Shown: positions 9,401-19,118, counted from the first letter of the stretch. The stretch: 32,000 bases of DNA from Orrella daihaiensis (GCF_022811525.1 NZ_CP063982.1:1-32000); one strand, 5' to 3'. Numbers and translations are program-made. Notes: generated from the sequence alone by a model not told the origin.

Positions 9401-10031
9401 TGCCACCATCCCCGCCACCCCCGTCTCCGCCGCTCTGGATTTGAGAGTTGACGGGCGGCTCCGTTGTTTGACCACCCGCATTTGAATCACCAGCGTCTGA
9501 ATTGCTGGCGTCAGGGTTCGCCAGTGCATCAAGCCGAGCCCTGATCATCTGCACCGATGCCGGGTCAGCGGTTACACCTTCAAGTGCGCCTGCGGCTAAC
9601 GCAAAATCATTACTAGCTAGCGTGATCGCCACGTACTTTGCAACAGTGACTTTGTTTTCTACTAAAGCCTGGTCCAGCGGATTGACATCCGGACCTCCCT
9701 TAAAGGCTGTGTCGATGATGGCATTGGCAATGTCATAGAAAGGGTAGCCCTCGTTGACCTTACCTACCCAGAAGTCAAGGCCATCGGGATCCACTTCTCG
9801 ATTCAGTGTGTTCTCGTAGAACCGACTGACCGCATCCCTGACGGTCGCATCACCATACGTCCGCTCAAACTCCACTGTCTGAGCAAACGTCGCTGCAAGC
9901 TCAGTTAGCTTTGCCCCATTAGTTAGCGCAGCGACCCAGTGATTAAACCCATCGGCCTCAGGCGCCCGCCCAAAAAACGCAATGTATAGCTTTGCGACTT
10001 GATCCTGATAGACCTCTAACTCGGTTGACAT
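6402..10031 (-). CDS. Large RTX (hemolysin-type Ca-binding repeat) protein with an N-terminal DUF4214-type domain and a serralysin-like C-terminal T1SS-type secretion domain (1209 aa)
   Basis: N-terminus: LYIAFFGRAPEADGFNHWVAAL and FYENTLNREVDPDGLDFWVGKV (DUF4214 signature LY..L.R.PD..G..YW). Dozens of GGxGxDxxx nonapeptides (e.g. GGSGNDVIIGGAGDDTIAGGAGADRLTGGAGDN). The C-terminal end ...DQNGNDIFDNNDSLIILSGINQSTGIAQADFIA matches the typical end of T1SS substrates. No N-terminal signal peptide. Confidence 0.92.
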   Translation of the reverse strand: MSTELEVYQDQVAKLYIAFFGRAPEADGFNHWVAALTNGAKLTELAATFAQTVEFERTYGDATVRDAVSRFYENTLNREVDPDGLDFWVGKVNEGYPFYDIANAIIDTAFKGGPDVNPLDQALVENKVTVAKYVAITLASNDFALAAGALEGVTADPASVQMIRARLDALANPDASNSDAGDSNAGGQTTEPPVNSQIQSGGDGGGGDGGTPVAPAPIQGTANADTLTGTDGNDTIISGGGTDEMTGGGGNDTFDVNASGTATITDLSTGDILIVRNGSTAIANNVSAFVATAATRNEGGSATLNAATTSSTINLNLATVTTVATNGYTLNGGDGADSLTGSSANDTINGNGGDDTITGGAGADVINPGAGRNTVYAGDGLDVVRIDSVLPNFIYLGTGGASNLTTVEVSSSVPERVTTIIAGTANADMRAIVTGSVGVAMSGATAGPGASVSFTGGDGDDRIFGSTGNDTLLGGDGNDVISGFGGTNTLDGGAGDDSLTSEGSGDTLTGGLGADTFSVSGQSATITDLGDGADILLAYGSAVVNAAVVDDYTSTVSNVNTSVGAVTLSGDFNIDMSIGSDDSITGYHLIGGASANTLIGSRFADTITGGAGADSLTGGAGQDLLIADDTDTIDGGDDTDTAVFTAAVSAANLLDADLVNVENVGVRGAYTFDFSAQTEALNITGSSGIGDDAAKTIVGGTGNDTILGGSGNDVIIGGAGDDTIAGGAGADRLTGGAGDNVITDAGVGADIITHNAANSTVEIEVTGSDWINVAALEDGATVTAGGDTATNRRVDGSTSTASVTIDGGALTTGEGSYITGSGADTIDGGGGDDYIEAGAGNDTIDSGGGDDYIDAGGGDDTINGGDGADEIYGMAGSDRIDGGDGADKIYGGVGVDTLTGGAGNDIFYFERIDATSGDSPDQAKDSITDFGNGTDQIRIIDNTGLLTGIDLTSSDVTLVFPHSTGPTGELRVNHQNTSSPFVTVIKVTTHDGTVLAIDERHISLDVTLANGGNRTAVGGDLGDTIAGGNGNDTIRGGGGDDLFFGFEGDDTLYGDAGNDRIFGSDGNDTIIGGAGADFLMGNNGADTFVYADGATGITLATADTILDFATGIDKIKTNVAGLTSADVTIADGTLITSLEEFVSDAERAFHVSNSGDSVYVAWNVANISEGNALVAIDQNGNDIFDNNDSLIILSGINQSTGIAQADFIA

Positions 10032-10201
10032 CTCTTTACCTCAATCCTATTGATTGCCTGTCATAAGTAACTTATAGTCACTTTGAGCAACCGCACTCTC
10101 AGATAGTTCCCGCGCATGACGTAGATTTTTTTCTTAATTCTCAACCGCGACTTATTGCGTTTAGCGATTAGGTTTATTGTGCAAGTCAAGCGCCAATTTG
10201 C

Positions 10202-10225
10202 CTCTCATAGACTCTCATGCTCTTA
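10202..10225 (+). promoter_or_regulatory. Direct repeats CTCTCAT-aga-CTCTCAT-g-CTCTTAT in the divergent RTX / sensor-kinase intergenic region
   Basis: Read directly. The first two hexamers have 10-bp centre-to-centre spacing. The same CTCTCA-N4-CTCTCA arrangement recurs at 17834-17849 and 20774-20789. Confidence 0.5.
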
Positions 10226-10287
10226 TCGTTAGAGCGGATTAAGATGGGCAATTGAATTTGAGCGACAACCTGATTTAGGAAATACTG

Positions 10288-12192
10288 TTGGTAGCTATCC
10301 GCCATTCACGACTTGTGCTTCAGGTGCTAAGCAGCTTATGTCTGTTCTGCCTTGCACTGTCGCTAGCTGTTGCGAACGAACCCAGCAAACCTACCGTGTT
10401 GGTGCAATATTGCCTCGATGGGCAAGATATAGAGACACTCAAAGAAGCGGCGGCGTGCCAATACGGTAATTACGGTGACCTATCCTTAAAAATGCGCTAT
10501 GCCAGCACGCGTTGGGCCAAGGTAACGGCACAAACAGTTGACCGGCCAGGTCTACTAACCATCCATGTTGCGCCCCACCTACTACAAGAAGTCGAGATCT
10601 ACGATGGGCAAACAGGTGCAGGCTTAGCGGGTCCAATTGGCACACAATATCCCTACTCATCCGAACACGGACTACTTGCCGGTTACACCTTCGCATTTGA
10701 TCTAGACACCGCTGGCCAGCACACTTTCTACGTAAGGATGGTGACCTATGGCCTGCCGTACAGCTTTGTCGAAGCATCTCTAGATCCTGTCACTGCCCAA
10801 GAGCAGAATCAGCAAATCGGTTTAGGCATTCACCTCGGTGTCTTAGGCTTGCTGACATTGATCAGCACAACCGTATACATCGCCACGCGTAGTCGTATCA
10901 TGGGTGTGTTTGCTTTAAACATCTTGAGTTTGTTGCTGAGCATCTTGTTGGGATCGGGCTTGATGTACGTCTATTTATGGCCTAACTCACCCGGCTTTAA
11001 CGAATGGCTATTTACAACACTGTTCTATCTAAAGCCAGCACTCTGGGTACTACTGGCTCAAACCTTTTTACTGCCATACCAGACCCCTAATTGGTATCGC
11101 CCAGCCTGCAACATAGCTTACGTGGTCGTATTGCTGATGCTCGGCTTGTCGTGGTTGGGGCATAAAGAGATCAGCAATTGGTTGATGCTGGTGTTTGGCG
11201 TGACGCTCATACCATTGATGCAGCTAGTGGCTATCCGCGAAACATCTGACATCCGAGCCTTGTATAGGCGCATACTGATGCTGGGATACGGCCTCGGCGC
11301 CCTGGTGATGTGGATAGGACTCTTGATCACCCTTTATCCAAGCGACAATCCACGCCTACCCATTCAGTTATCTAGATTGGTCGATTACGTCAATCCAATT
11401 GTGTTGCTCGCATTAGTGATGTTTCACTATCGAGAAACAGTCACTCAGCTTGCCGTAGCCGAAGAAGAAAACCTGACCATGCGACTTGGCTTGGAGTTCG
11501 AACAAAGACTGCGTGAAGAAAGAAAGCTGATGATCGACATGTTGACACATGAGCTTAAAAATCCATTGGCTAGCATCAGCATGGCCATGGGTTCGCTGTC
11601 CAACGCGTTTAAGGACAGCGACAGTCCTGTAAAGCGTCGCCTTAAAAATATCGATCAATCAGTGCGCAGCATGGATTTAGTGCTTGAGCGCTGTAACCTC
11701 ATGAATCAGCTTGATCACAGCGCACTGCCATTCAGCCCAGAGACTGTCAACCTGCGCAACGTCATGTCGAACATCATCGAACGATTTGCCGAAGGTGACC
11801 GAGTATCGCTCCATTTCTCAGGTTCAGATACGTTTGCTACTGACCCGCAGTTTTTTCAGATGATGGTCTCTAATTTGATAGAGAATGCACTTAAATACTC
11901 TGCACCGAATAGCGAGATCAAAGTGTCAATGACGCAGTCGGCGACCAACGAAACATCACGCCTAGTCATTGAAGTCAAGAACCAAATTGGCAGCCACGGT
12001 TTTCCCGACAAAGCCCAAGTATTTGCTCGTTTCTATCGCCATCCATCAGCACGCGACAAAGCAGGGTCGGGTGTTGGGCTATATCTGGTGAAAGCACTCA
12101 CCAAACTTTTAAATGGTCGCATTACCTACGAACACGACACTGAGCACGTTGTGTTTCGCATTGAACTGCCGGAGACAACTAGCGATGCCTGA
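10288..12192 (+). CDS. Sensor histidine kinase, 7TMR-DISM type (periplasmic DISMED2-like domain + 7 TM helices + HisKA + HATPase)
   Basis: TTG start with AGGA 7 nt upstream. Signal/anchor sequence LCLFCLALSLAVA. Seven hydrophobic segments between about aa 175 and 385. H-box MLTHELKNPLASI. ATPase N/G boxes (LIENALKYS, GSGVGLYLV). Confidence 0.9.
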   Translation: MVAIRHSRLVLQVLSSLCLFCLALSLAVANEPSKPTVLVQYCLDGQDIETLKEAAACQYGNYGDLSLKMRYASTRWAKVTAQTVDRPGLLTIHVAPHLLQEVEIYDGQTGAGLAGPIGTQYPYSSEHGLLAGYTFAFDLDTAGQHTFYVRMVTYGLPYSFVEASLDPVTAQEQNQQIGLGIHLGVLGLLTLISTTVYIATRSRIMGVFALNILSLLLSILLGSGLMYVYLWPNSPGFNEWLFTTLFYLKPALWVLLAQTFLLPYQTPNWYRPACNIAYVVVLLMLGLSWLGHKEISNWLMLVFGVTLIPLMQLVAIRETSDIRALYRRILMLGYGLGALVMWIGLLITLYPSDNPRLPIQLSRLVDYVNPIVLLALVMFHYRETVTQLAVAEEENLTMRLGLEFEQRLREERKLMIDMLTHELKNPLASISMAMGSLSNAFKDSDSPVKRRLKNIDQSVRSMDLVLERCNLMNQLDHSALPFSPETVNLRNVMSNIIERFAEGDRVSLHFSGSDTFATDPQFFQMMVSNLIENALKYSAPNSEIKVSMTQSATNETSRLVIEVKNQIGSHGFPDKAQVFARFYRHPSARDKAGSGVGLYLVKALTKLLNGRITYEHDTEHVVFRIELPETTSDA

Positions 12193-12925
12193 CACACCTC
12201 CCTTATCAATTGCCATTGTTGAAGACGATGTGATTCTGCGTGAAGAACTTGGACACTTCCTTCAAGGCATGGGTCATACCGTCCATGAACTTGTCAGTGG
12301 CACTGCATTAGACGACATCGTGCAAGAAACCACGATAGATATTGTGATTTTGGATTTAAACCTGCCAGGTGAAAGCGGTTTTGAAATTGCACAACGCTAT
12401 CGAGAAGACTATCCTGAGCTTGGCATCATCATATTGTCAGCTCGCACGGCACCCCTGGACCGAATTGGCAGCTACGAACAAGGCGCTGACATCTACATCC
12501 CCAAGCCATGCCCACCCGACGAACTGTTAGCGGCCATTAGAAGCCTGGCCCGCCGGGTTAAGCCCACGCAAACAACCGACAGCTGGCAACTTGATCCCAT
12601 TCGTCATCTCCTGCTCAATGCCAATGGCACCATCACGGTCCAATTGCTTGCGGTTGAAAGCAGCATTGTTGCGCTACTCGCACGCGCCCCTAAACACCAA
12701 ATGAGTGCTGACGACCTGTGTGCTTTGACGGTAGAGAACAACTCAAATCGGGATACCAGTGAAGTCATCACCCGTCGTGCCCTAGAAAACAAAATCAGCC
12801 GCCTGCGCAAGAAATTCGCTCAACTCGCACAGAACGAACCAACATTAATCCGCTCGGTTCGTGGTGAGGGCTATCAATTGTGCATCCCGGTAAACGTTCT
12901 ACCAGACCCCGGCTCGAAGGCTTAG
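12185..12925 (+). CDS. OmpR/PhoB-family response regulator (receiver + winged-helix DNA-binding domain)
   Basis: ATG at 12185 overlaps the kinase stop (ATGCCTGA, 8-nt overlap), suggesting translational coupling. Receiver motifs IAIVEDD, ILDLNLPG and PKP. C-terminal motifs ...ISRLRKKF... and IRSVRGEGYQL. Confidence 0.9.
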   Translation: MPDTPPLSIAIVEDDVILREELGHFLQGMGHTVHELVSGTALDDIVQETTIDIVILDLNLPGESGFEIAQRYREDYPELGIIILSARTAPLDRIGSYEQGADIYIPKPCPPDELLAAIRSLARRVKPTQTTDSWQLDPIRHLLLNANGTITVQLLAVESSIVALLARAPKHQMSADDLCALTVENNSNRDTSEVITRRALENKISRLRKKFAQLAQNEPTLIRSVRGEGYQLCIPVNVLPDPGSKA

Positions 12926-13023
12926 GAAACGAGACCATCGATGTCATCGACATCACCGATCAACGCAACACTTAGGACTACAAACGACTACTGCAACTAA
13001 AGGGGTAGTTTTGATCCAGACGG

Positions 13024-15942
13024 TCATGCGCCGACGTATTGATACTGAAGTGCTAAGTCACCGCTTTGTGAGCTGATAGAGGGATCAAACAGACTGATGT
13101 TGTACACGCCGTCCAGCACTAGATTGATGGCCTGACCCAAGACTTCATCCCAATAAGTCACCACAAAATCCGTACCTTGCTTTGCAGTTGTCCACTGCCC
13201 TGGGGTACTTACATCCGATGTCGAATTAACTTTGACAGCGTTAAACGGCACCAGGTGCTTCGTCAAATAAAACTGTGAGTCTTCTCGATCGAATCCAGTA
13301 ACCTCAGCTAAGCCAGTCCCCTGAGTGAGTATCACTGAATTTAAGCCTCCAGCTAAGACCGATAGCATTTCGATGCCTGTGACGTCTCTGCCGACAAAAG
13401 AAATTGAACCTGCCTGAGAAAACTCTAGGACGTCCACACCGCCACCTCCCTCAATCGTTTCCCCAACCGCGAATTGAGTAACTTGGGTGAACTGGAACTG
13501 GTCATTACCTTCTCCACCAGACAGCCAATCCGCACCCGCACCACCCGTGATGGTGTCATTGCCATCCCCGCCCGCAATGGTGTCGCTATTGTCATAGCCT
13601 GTCAACAGATTGTCGCCAGCAGTCCCCGTGAGGTCGTAAGCAAGCGTTTGGAACAGGTCGTTAGCACTAACAGTGGTGCTGGAAAAAACCCTCATCACAA
13701 TATCGGTGGAACTATCCCCAGCATTAAGCGTACCTGTTGGGGAGATTTTCAAAGAGCTCCACGACATGGAGGTAGGCTCGGTAACCACATAATGCCCCCA
13801 GCTTCCTACGCCACCACCACCGTCAAAAGCATCAAGATTCGTGATGTTGACTCGCACGAGATCAGCACCATCACCAAAATCGTAGATTTCGTCTGACGCT
13901 GTCGAGGTAGAGTCACTGGAGACGTTTGCTACTGCGTTAATCACAATCGTATCGGCACCCGCCCCAAGAAAATATATATCTCCCCCGGCACTACCAGCGA
14001 TGGTGTCATCACCACCACCACCACTCAATGTATCTGCACCAGCCGTGCCTACGATGCTATCTGCCCCATCACCAGCAGTGAAGTTGACGGTAGCCCCTGG
14101 GCCAGAAGCTGCGCCAGTCATCATCGCACCAATTTGCCCGGTGACGACGGCTCGCATATCTGTTGTTGCCGTACCAGCGCTAATGGTGGTGGTGCGATCC
14201 AAGGCCCCCCCACTAATTGCCACGGTCGTAAGATTGGTGTCCAACCCCTTAAGCAAATGAATCGTATTGGTTGATAGCGTATTTACAGTAATCACATCTC
14301 GACCATCACCTGAATAAATGATGTTCGTTCCAGATCCCGGGTTGATCTGGTCGTTACCTTCACCCCCTGTAATGGTGTCGTTTCCTGCTCCTGCTGTGAT
14401 GGCGTCTGGACTCGCAGATCCCACCAATTCTAGATGCTGCGTCGAATTCGCCCGAGATGCATCTATGAGGTTTTGCGCCATGCTGTTCTCATCAGCCGCG
14501 AATGAAATCGTGCGCACACCAGCGGCGAACGCGTCGGCATTCAGCGTTAAAGACATGTTGTATTCATGGTCTTGCCCACTGATGGTTATCGTCTCGATTG
14601 AGTTTGCACGGCTAAATGAATCTGTTGCTGATATCGTGAAGCCAAGTAGCCCATTGATTTCGATGGTGTCGGTGCCATCACCGCCCACGATGCTATCGAC
14701 AAGCGCACCACCAGAAAACAGCTCGGCAATGCTAGCGTAGATAAATACATCGTCATCTGCTCCACCGGTCAGGGTATCTGCGCCCGAACCACCGGTTAAT
14801 GTATCCGCACCACTCCCACCCTGCAAGACATCATTACCAACACCACCTGACAGGCTATCGTTGCCTTCGAACCCAAACATAAAATCGACACCAGCTGTCC
14901 CAGTCACTACGTCACCGCTGGGTGATCCGCGGAAGATAGTTTCGCTGCTGTTCGAATAGTTCCCCGCGATATCTCGCACTTCCAAGTACTCTGGCAACAC
15001 ATTGACAGCCCAACTTAACTCCATCGTGACCAGCTGATTGGCAGTAATCGGCGGTATCGCAAGGTAAAACGGATCTTGCCCTGGGATCGGCAAAAGCCCA
15101 GCCGTCCCATCTTCCGAACTCACAAACGAGAGCATCTCCTCACCAGCGACTCCGAAACTGGAGATCGTAGGCGCTGTCTGGTCAAGCACATAATTTCGGC
15201 TATAGGCGGTGCTGACATTGCCTGCTGCATCCACTACTCTTGCGACTGCTGTGTTTGATCCAACCAGTGTTTGGTTTGCCACCGTCCAGTTGGTATTGGA
15301 AACTGTCGCTGTAGACCACGTGGCACCATTGTCCACAGACACTTGTACCGTCTCATCTGCATCCAGTGCCTGTGTCAACAATCCGTTAATGGTCTGCGAC
15401 GCCGTATTCGTCACAAAATCAGAGGGACTAAACCCTGTGTCTGCGCTTAGCCACATGTTAATGACCGCTGCGACTGGGGCAGATGTATTGATTGTTACGT
15501 CAGTACCACTAGAGACACTACTCACATTGCCTGCCACGTCCGTAGCTTGTGCGGTGATCGTGTAAACCCCATCAGCCAGTGTTGAGCTCGTGATACTCCA
15601 GTTACCACCATTTACAACACCGGTACCAACTGTTTGACCATTGGCATACAGCGTGACTGTACTGCCTGACTCGGCAGTGCCTGTAAATGTTGGGGTGCTG
15701 TCATTGGTCAGGTTGTCGGTATCCAGATACCCCGTGTCGCTACTAGCCAGCAAATCTGGGGGGCTCGGTGCTGCGGGTGGCGTTGTATCTGCGACCGGAT
15801 CGGAATCGGGTTGCGGCACGACCACAATTGGCAACTCTACTGGAGTTTCCGGTTCAGTTTCAGGATCGACAAACCTTGGTAGACCAGGTACATCAGGCCC
15901 AACATAGTCCGGGCTGGTGTAAATGGACTCAATCACATTAAG
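13024..15942 (-). pseudogene. C-terminal ~969-aa fragment of an IS-disrupted DUF4214-Ig-like-RTX adhesin-type gene
   Basis: The ORF track extends this to 15969, but codons 1-9 (MSDQIETTS, TTG start) are encoded by the IS left inverted repeat. The native part contains Ig-like repeats (DTTPPAAP...TPTFTGTAESGSTVTLYANG...DVAGNVS) and RTX nonapeptides (GGVGNDVLQGGSGADTLTGGSGADTLTGGADDD). It continues in frame from 17174-17749 once the IS and one TSD copy are removed. Confidence 0.85.
15936..15942. repeat. Target-site duplication CATTAAG (left copy) of IS copy B
   Basis: Identical 7-mer at 15936-15942 and 17167-17173, directly flanking the IS ends. Confidence 0.85.
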
Positions 15943-17166
15943 TGAAGTAGTTTCGATTTGATCTGACAATTAGGCCTTGCCAAGAGGTGGGGTTACCCAG
16001 TTTGATAGAGGTGCGAACTTTTATCAACTAGCGCGAAGCGCAATGGAGTAACCCCATGAGTAGTGTTAACCAAAATGTCATCAAACACAAGGTCGGCCTG
16101 TTGAACTTGGCTGCCGAGCTTGGAAACGTATCTCGCGCCTGCAAGGTGATGGGCTTTTCCCGAGACACCTTCTACCGATACCAAGCAGCCGTTGCTGAAG
16201 GCGGTGTAGAAGCTTTGCTCGATGCCAACCGCAAGAAGCCAAACTTGCGAAATCGTATTGAGCAAAGCATTGAATCTGCCGTGGTGGCCTTTGCCCTGGA
16301 GCAGCCCGCCTTTGGCCAAGTCCGTGTCTCTAACGAGCTGCGTAAGCGAGGTGTCTTTGTTTCGCCATCTGGCGTGAGGTCGGTTTGGTTACGTCATGAC
16401 CTCGAATCATTCAAGAAGCGCCTGATTTCGTTAGAGAAACATGTAGCAGCCACGGGCGAAGTCTTGACCGAAGCTCAGGTCGCAGCACTCGAGAAAAAGC
16501 AAGAAGACGACGTCGCCCACGGAGAGATTGAGACTGAGCACCCCGGTTACCTAGGCAGCCAAGATACGTTCTATGTGGGTACCATCAAGGGCGTGGGTCG
16601 TATCTACCAAAGAGCAGACCTTTGTCGATACCTACTCCAAGTGGGCGACTGCGAAGCTGTACTGCACCAAGACACCGATTACCGCTGCAGACCTATTGAA
16701 CGACCGTGTGCTGCCGTTCTTTGCAGAACAGCAGATGGGTGTTCTGAGGATCCTGACAGACCGTGGGACAGAATTCTGCGGCAAGGCCGAAACTCATGAT
16801 TACCAGCTGTACTTGGCGCTCAATGACATCGAGCACACCAAGACCAAGGTCATGCACCCTCAGACCAATGGCATCTGTGAACGGTTTCACAAGACGATTC
16901 TGCAGGAGTTTTATCAGGTCGCCTTCAGACGAAAAATCTATCGGTCCATCGAAGAGCTGCAGGCTGATCTGGACGAGTGGCTGCATTACTACAACCATGA
17001 CCGAACTCATCAAGGCAAGATGTGCTGTGGTCGAACACCGATGGAAACATTAATTGCTGGCAAACCAGCGTGGGAGGATAAAATCAACCAACTGAATCAC
17101 TGAACTTGATCTGACATACAGGCACCGCAAACTGGGGATCTGTCAGATCAAGTCGCGACTACTACA
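15943..17166 (+). mobile_element. IS481-family insertion sequence, copy B (1224 bp)
   Basis: Same terminal inverted repeats (15943-15968 and 17141-17166) and collinear with copy A. The only difference I can find is AGAG (16611-16614) in place of T (4770). Confidence 0.9.
16056..17103 (+). pseudogene. IS481-family DDE transposase, interrupted by a +1 frame change at about 16611-16614
   Basis: Same two overlapping ORFs as copy A (16056-16799 and 16573-17103). Here ...GRIYQ is followed by 4 extra nt (AGAG) before QTFVDTYSKW. Confidence 0.8.
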
Positions 17167-17749
17167 CATTAAGCCAGTCTCTGATAGGAACTGCCTCTCG
17201 AATCATAGCCATGGTAGGCGGCTCACCAGTCAGCGCAAGATACAGCAGCGCAAAGTCAACTTCCTGTGCTCGTAATTCAACCATCTCTGCCGAGCCAGAA
17301 AAGCTCTCCAAGACAGATGCTCGTGACAACCCGCCCGACAGTTGCGCTGCCCAATACGCCTGTCCCGCCTCATCAGGTTCGCGTCGCAGGGCGTTTTGAT
17401 AAAGAGACGTGATGAATTGCTCATCATCCATCTGCCCATACTTGGCTTCAAATTCATCAGCTTGGCTGAATTCCGTTGCAATAACGTCCAATGACACACC
17501 AGCACGATGAGCCTTTACCCAAAAGTCCAAGCCATCCGCCTCGGGGGCTCGATCAAACGTCACGAAATACAATTGTGCAATTGGCTGTACATGCACTTTG
17601 TATTCAACCGATGAGATGAATTGCTCGGTCATCTTGGCGGCACTGATACCGCCATACTCAATCATCTCGCGCCAGAATGCCAATCCTGATGCATCAGGCT
17701 CTCGACCCAGAATGTTTTGATAGAGCTGGCTGACAAATGACGCAGACAT
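17162..17749 (-). pseudogene. N-terminal 195-aa fragment (three DUF4214-type repeats) of the IS-disrupted adhesin-type gene
   Basis: Repeats LYQNILGREPDASGLAFWREMI, LYFVTFDRAPEADGLDFWVKAH and LYQNALRREPDEAGQAYWAAQL. The frame ends ...IRDWLNV, then hits a TAG supplied by the IS right end (17162-17164). Confidence 0.85.
17167..17173. repeat. Target-site duplication CATTAAG (right copy) of IS copy B
   Basis: See 15936-15942. Confidence 0.85.
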
Positions 17750-17833
17750 CGATGTGCCTCGTTGAGCAAAGAACCGACCATGACCAACTGCTTAGTTAGA
17801 TCATGCGATTCTCCTCGTCAGACCCAAAAATGG

Positions 17834-17849
17834 CTCTCAGAGGCTCTCA
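17834..17849 (+). promoter_or_regulatory. Direct repeat GGCTCTCA-ga-GGCTCTCA, 85-100 nt upstream of the (IS-split) adhesin gene start
   Basis: Read directly. CTCTCA at 17834 and 17844 (10-bp spacing). Confidence 0.5.
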
Positions 17850-18074
17850 ACCGAGGCTTATTCACTAACTTAACTTTTACTTGCTATTGATTTGTCGAGT
17901 TTTTACGACAGTGACTAAGGATATCGGCTGTAAATTTCTGGCAATATCCTTTCAACCCTGCCCTAACCGGCACTAAAACCGATTAGCCACCACAGTGAAG
18001 GACACAGTGTCATGGCGAGAGACCTGCATCTGCTTCGATTAGCCACTTGAATCTATGCCTGGCAGTCAACCATC

Positions 18075-19118
18075 CTAAAAACCAAAGAAGTTCAGTGGAC
18101 TTATTTCATAGTCCTCACCGACACCCCGCAGAATGATCAATGAATCATTACCGCCGAAGCTGCGGTGATCCTCGCGATTGAGAATGACCCATGTATCACC
18201 GGAATCTGCCGCGTTAGGGACGACATAGATATAAGGAATTTTTTCTGCGCGAGGATCATCAAAACCCTTGCTAAACACCTCATTCACTCGGGACTCAAGC
18301 TCGTAAAAACTTTCTGGCCCAGTCTCTTCAATCCAAACAAATCGCTCCATAATCTCAAAGGGACTGCCAGGCCCCCAAAAGGACAAGTCCGATGTCAATC
18401 TATCTTCGTCTGCGTTAAAGTCGATGATGACATCGGCTGATTCGAGTGTTGTGCCACTATCACCAGGCTCGAACCTAAATGTATCCGCACCTTCATTTCC
18501 AATCAGTACGTCCGCTCCCGCATGACCAATAATCCTGTCATTGCTACTACCACCAATTAGCGTATCAGAGCCTGCCGTGCCCTCAATGTGTTGCGGTAAG
18601 GAAATGCTCATATTTGTGAGAGCCGCTTTCACCCTAAGCACCTGCGACGGATCAGTGGTCACCCCATCAAGAGCGCCGTCCACCAACTGCTGATCATTGC
18701 TAGCTAGCGTCAATGCCACGTACTTTGCAACCTCAACCTTGTTGCGCACAATTGCGGTGTCATTCGTATCAACATCGTCACCACCAGCAAAGGCTGCCTC
18801 TATCTTGCCAACGGCAACCTCATAAAAAGTGTGACCTTGATCGATTTTGTTTAGCCAGTAATCAAGTCCCCGTGGATCAGCTGCCCGATCTAGTGCGTTT
18901 TGATAAAAACGGCGGATCGCTTCGGAGGCACTTAAGTCACCATAGTGCGACTGATATTCGTCACTCTTTGAAAACCCGACCGCCAGGTCATGAATAGTCG
19001 CTCCGTTACTGAGTGCTTGTACCCAGTGATTCATCCCTTCCGCCTCAGGGGCTCGACCAAAGAATACGATGTAGAGTTCAGCGACTTGGTTTTGATATGT
19101 TTGCAAGTCGGACGACAT
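18075..19118 (-). CDS. DUF4214-domain protein with a few RTX repeats and a T1SS-type C-terminal domain (347 aa from ATG 19118; the ORF is open to 19166)
   Basis: MSSDLQTYQNQVAELYIVFFGRAPEAEGMNHWVQAL aligns with the N-termini of the 6402-10031 and 19454-20557 products, which favours the 19118 start (GGAG upstream). RTX repeats GGSSNDRIIGHAGADVLIGNEGADTF. C-terminus GDTWVILNREDHRSFGGNDSLIILRGV. Confidence 0.85.
   Translation of the reverse strand: MSSDLQTYQNQVAELYIVFFGRAPEAEGMNHWVQALSNGATIHDLAVGFSKSDEYQSHYGDLSASEAIRRFYQNALDRAADPRGLDYWLNKIDQGHTFYEVAVGKIEAAFAGGDDVDTNDTAIVRNKVEVAKYVALTLASNDQQLVDGALDGVTTDPSQVLRVKAALTNMSISLPQHIEGTAGSDTLIGGSSNDRIIGHAGADVLIGNEGADTFRFEPGDSGTTLESADVIIDFNADEDRLTSDLSFWGPGSPFEIMERFVWIEETGPESFYELESRVNEVFSKGFDDPRAEKIPYIYVVPNAADSGDTWVILNREDHRSFGGNDSLIILRGVGEDYEISPLNFFGF

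Noticed and set aside
6464-9738. Numerous plus-strand ORFs of 60-130 aa inside the 1209-aa RTX gene, with similar ones inside 13024-15942 (e.g. 13474-13896, 14318-14740, 15209-15565). Many are Pro/Ser/Val-rich.
   Set aside because: They are antisense shadow ORFs. The GGxGxD codon periodicity on the minus strand suppresses stop codons in the complementary frames. They have low-complexity composition, no RBS, and are fully nested in a well-supported gene.
15943-15969. The apparent N-terminus MSDQIETTS (TTG start at 15969) of the 981-aa ORF.
   Set aside because: These codons are the reverse complement of the IS left inverted repeat. The real gene continues on the other side of the IS (17174-17749), so this is not a native start.
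4102-17166. The two direct-orientation IS copies bracketing 10.6 kb (hypothetical gene, RTX gene, two-component system) as a composite transposon.
   Set aside because: Each copy has its own matching 7-bp TSD (GCTAAAC/GCTAAAC and CATTAAG/CATTAAG), and the outer flanks do not match each other. The copies therefore inserted independently. Homologous recombination between them could still delete the segment.
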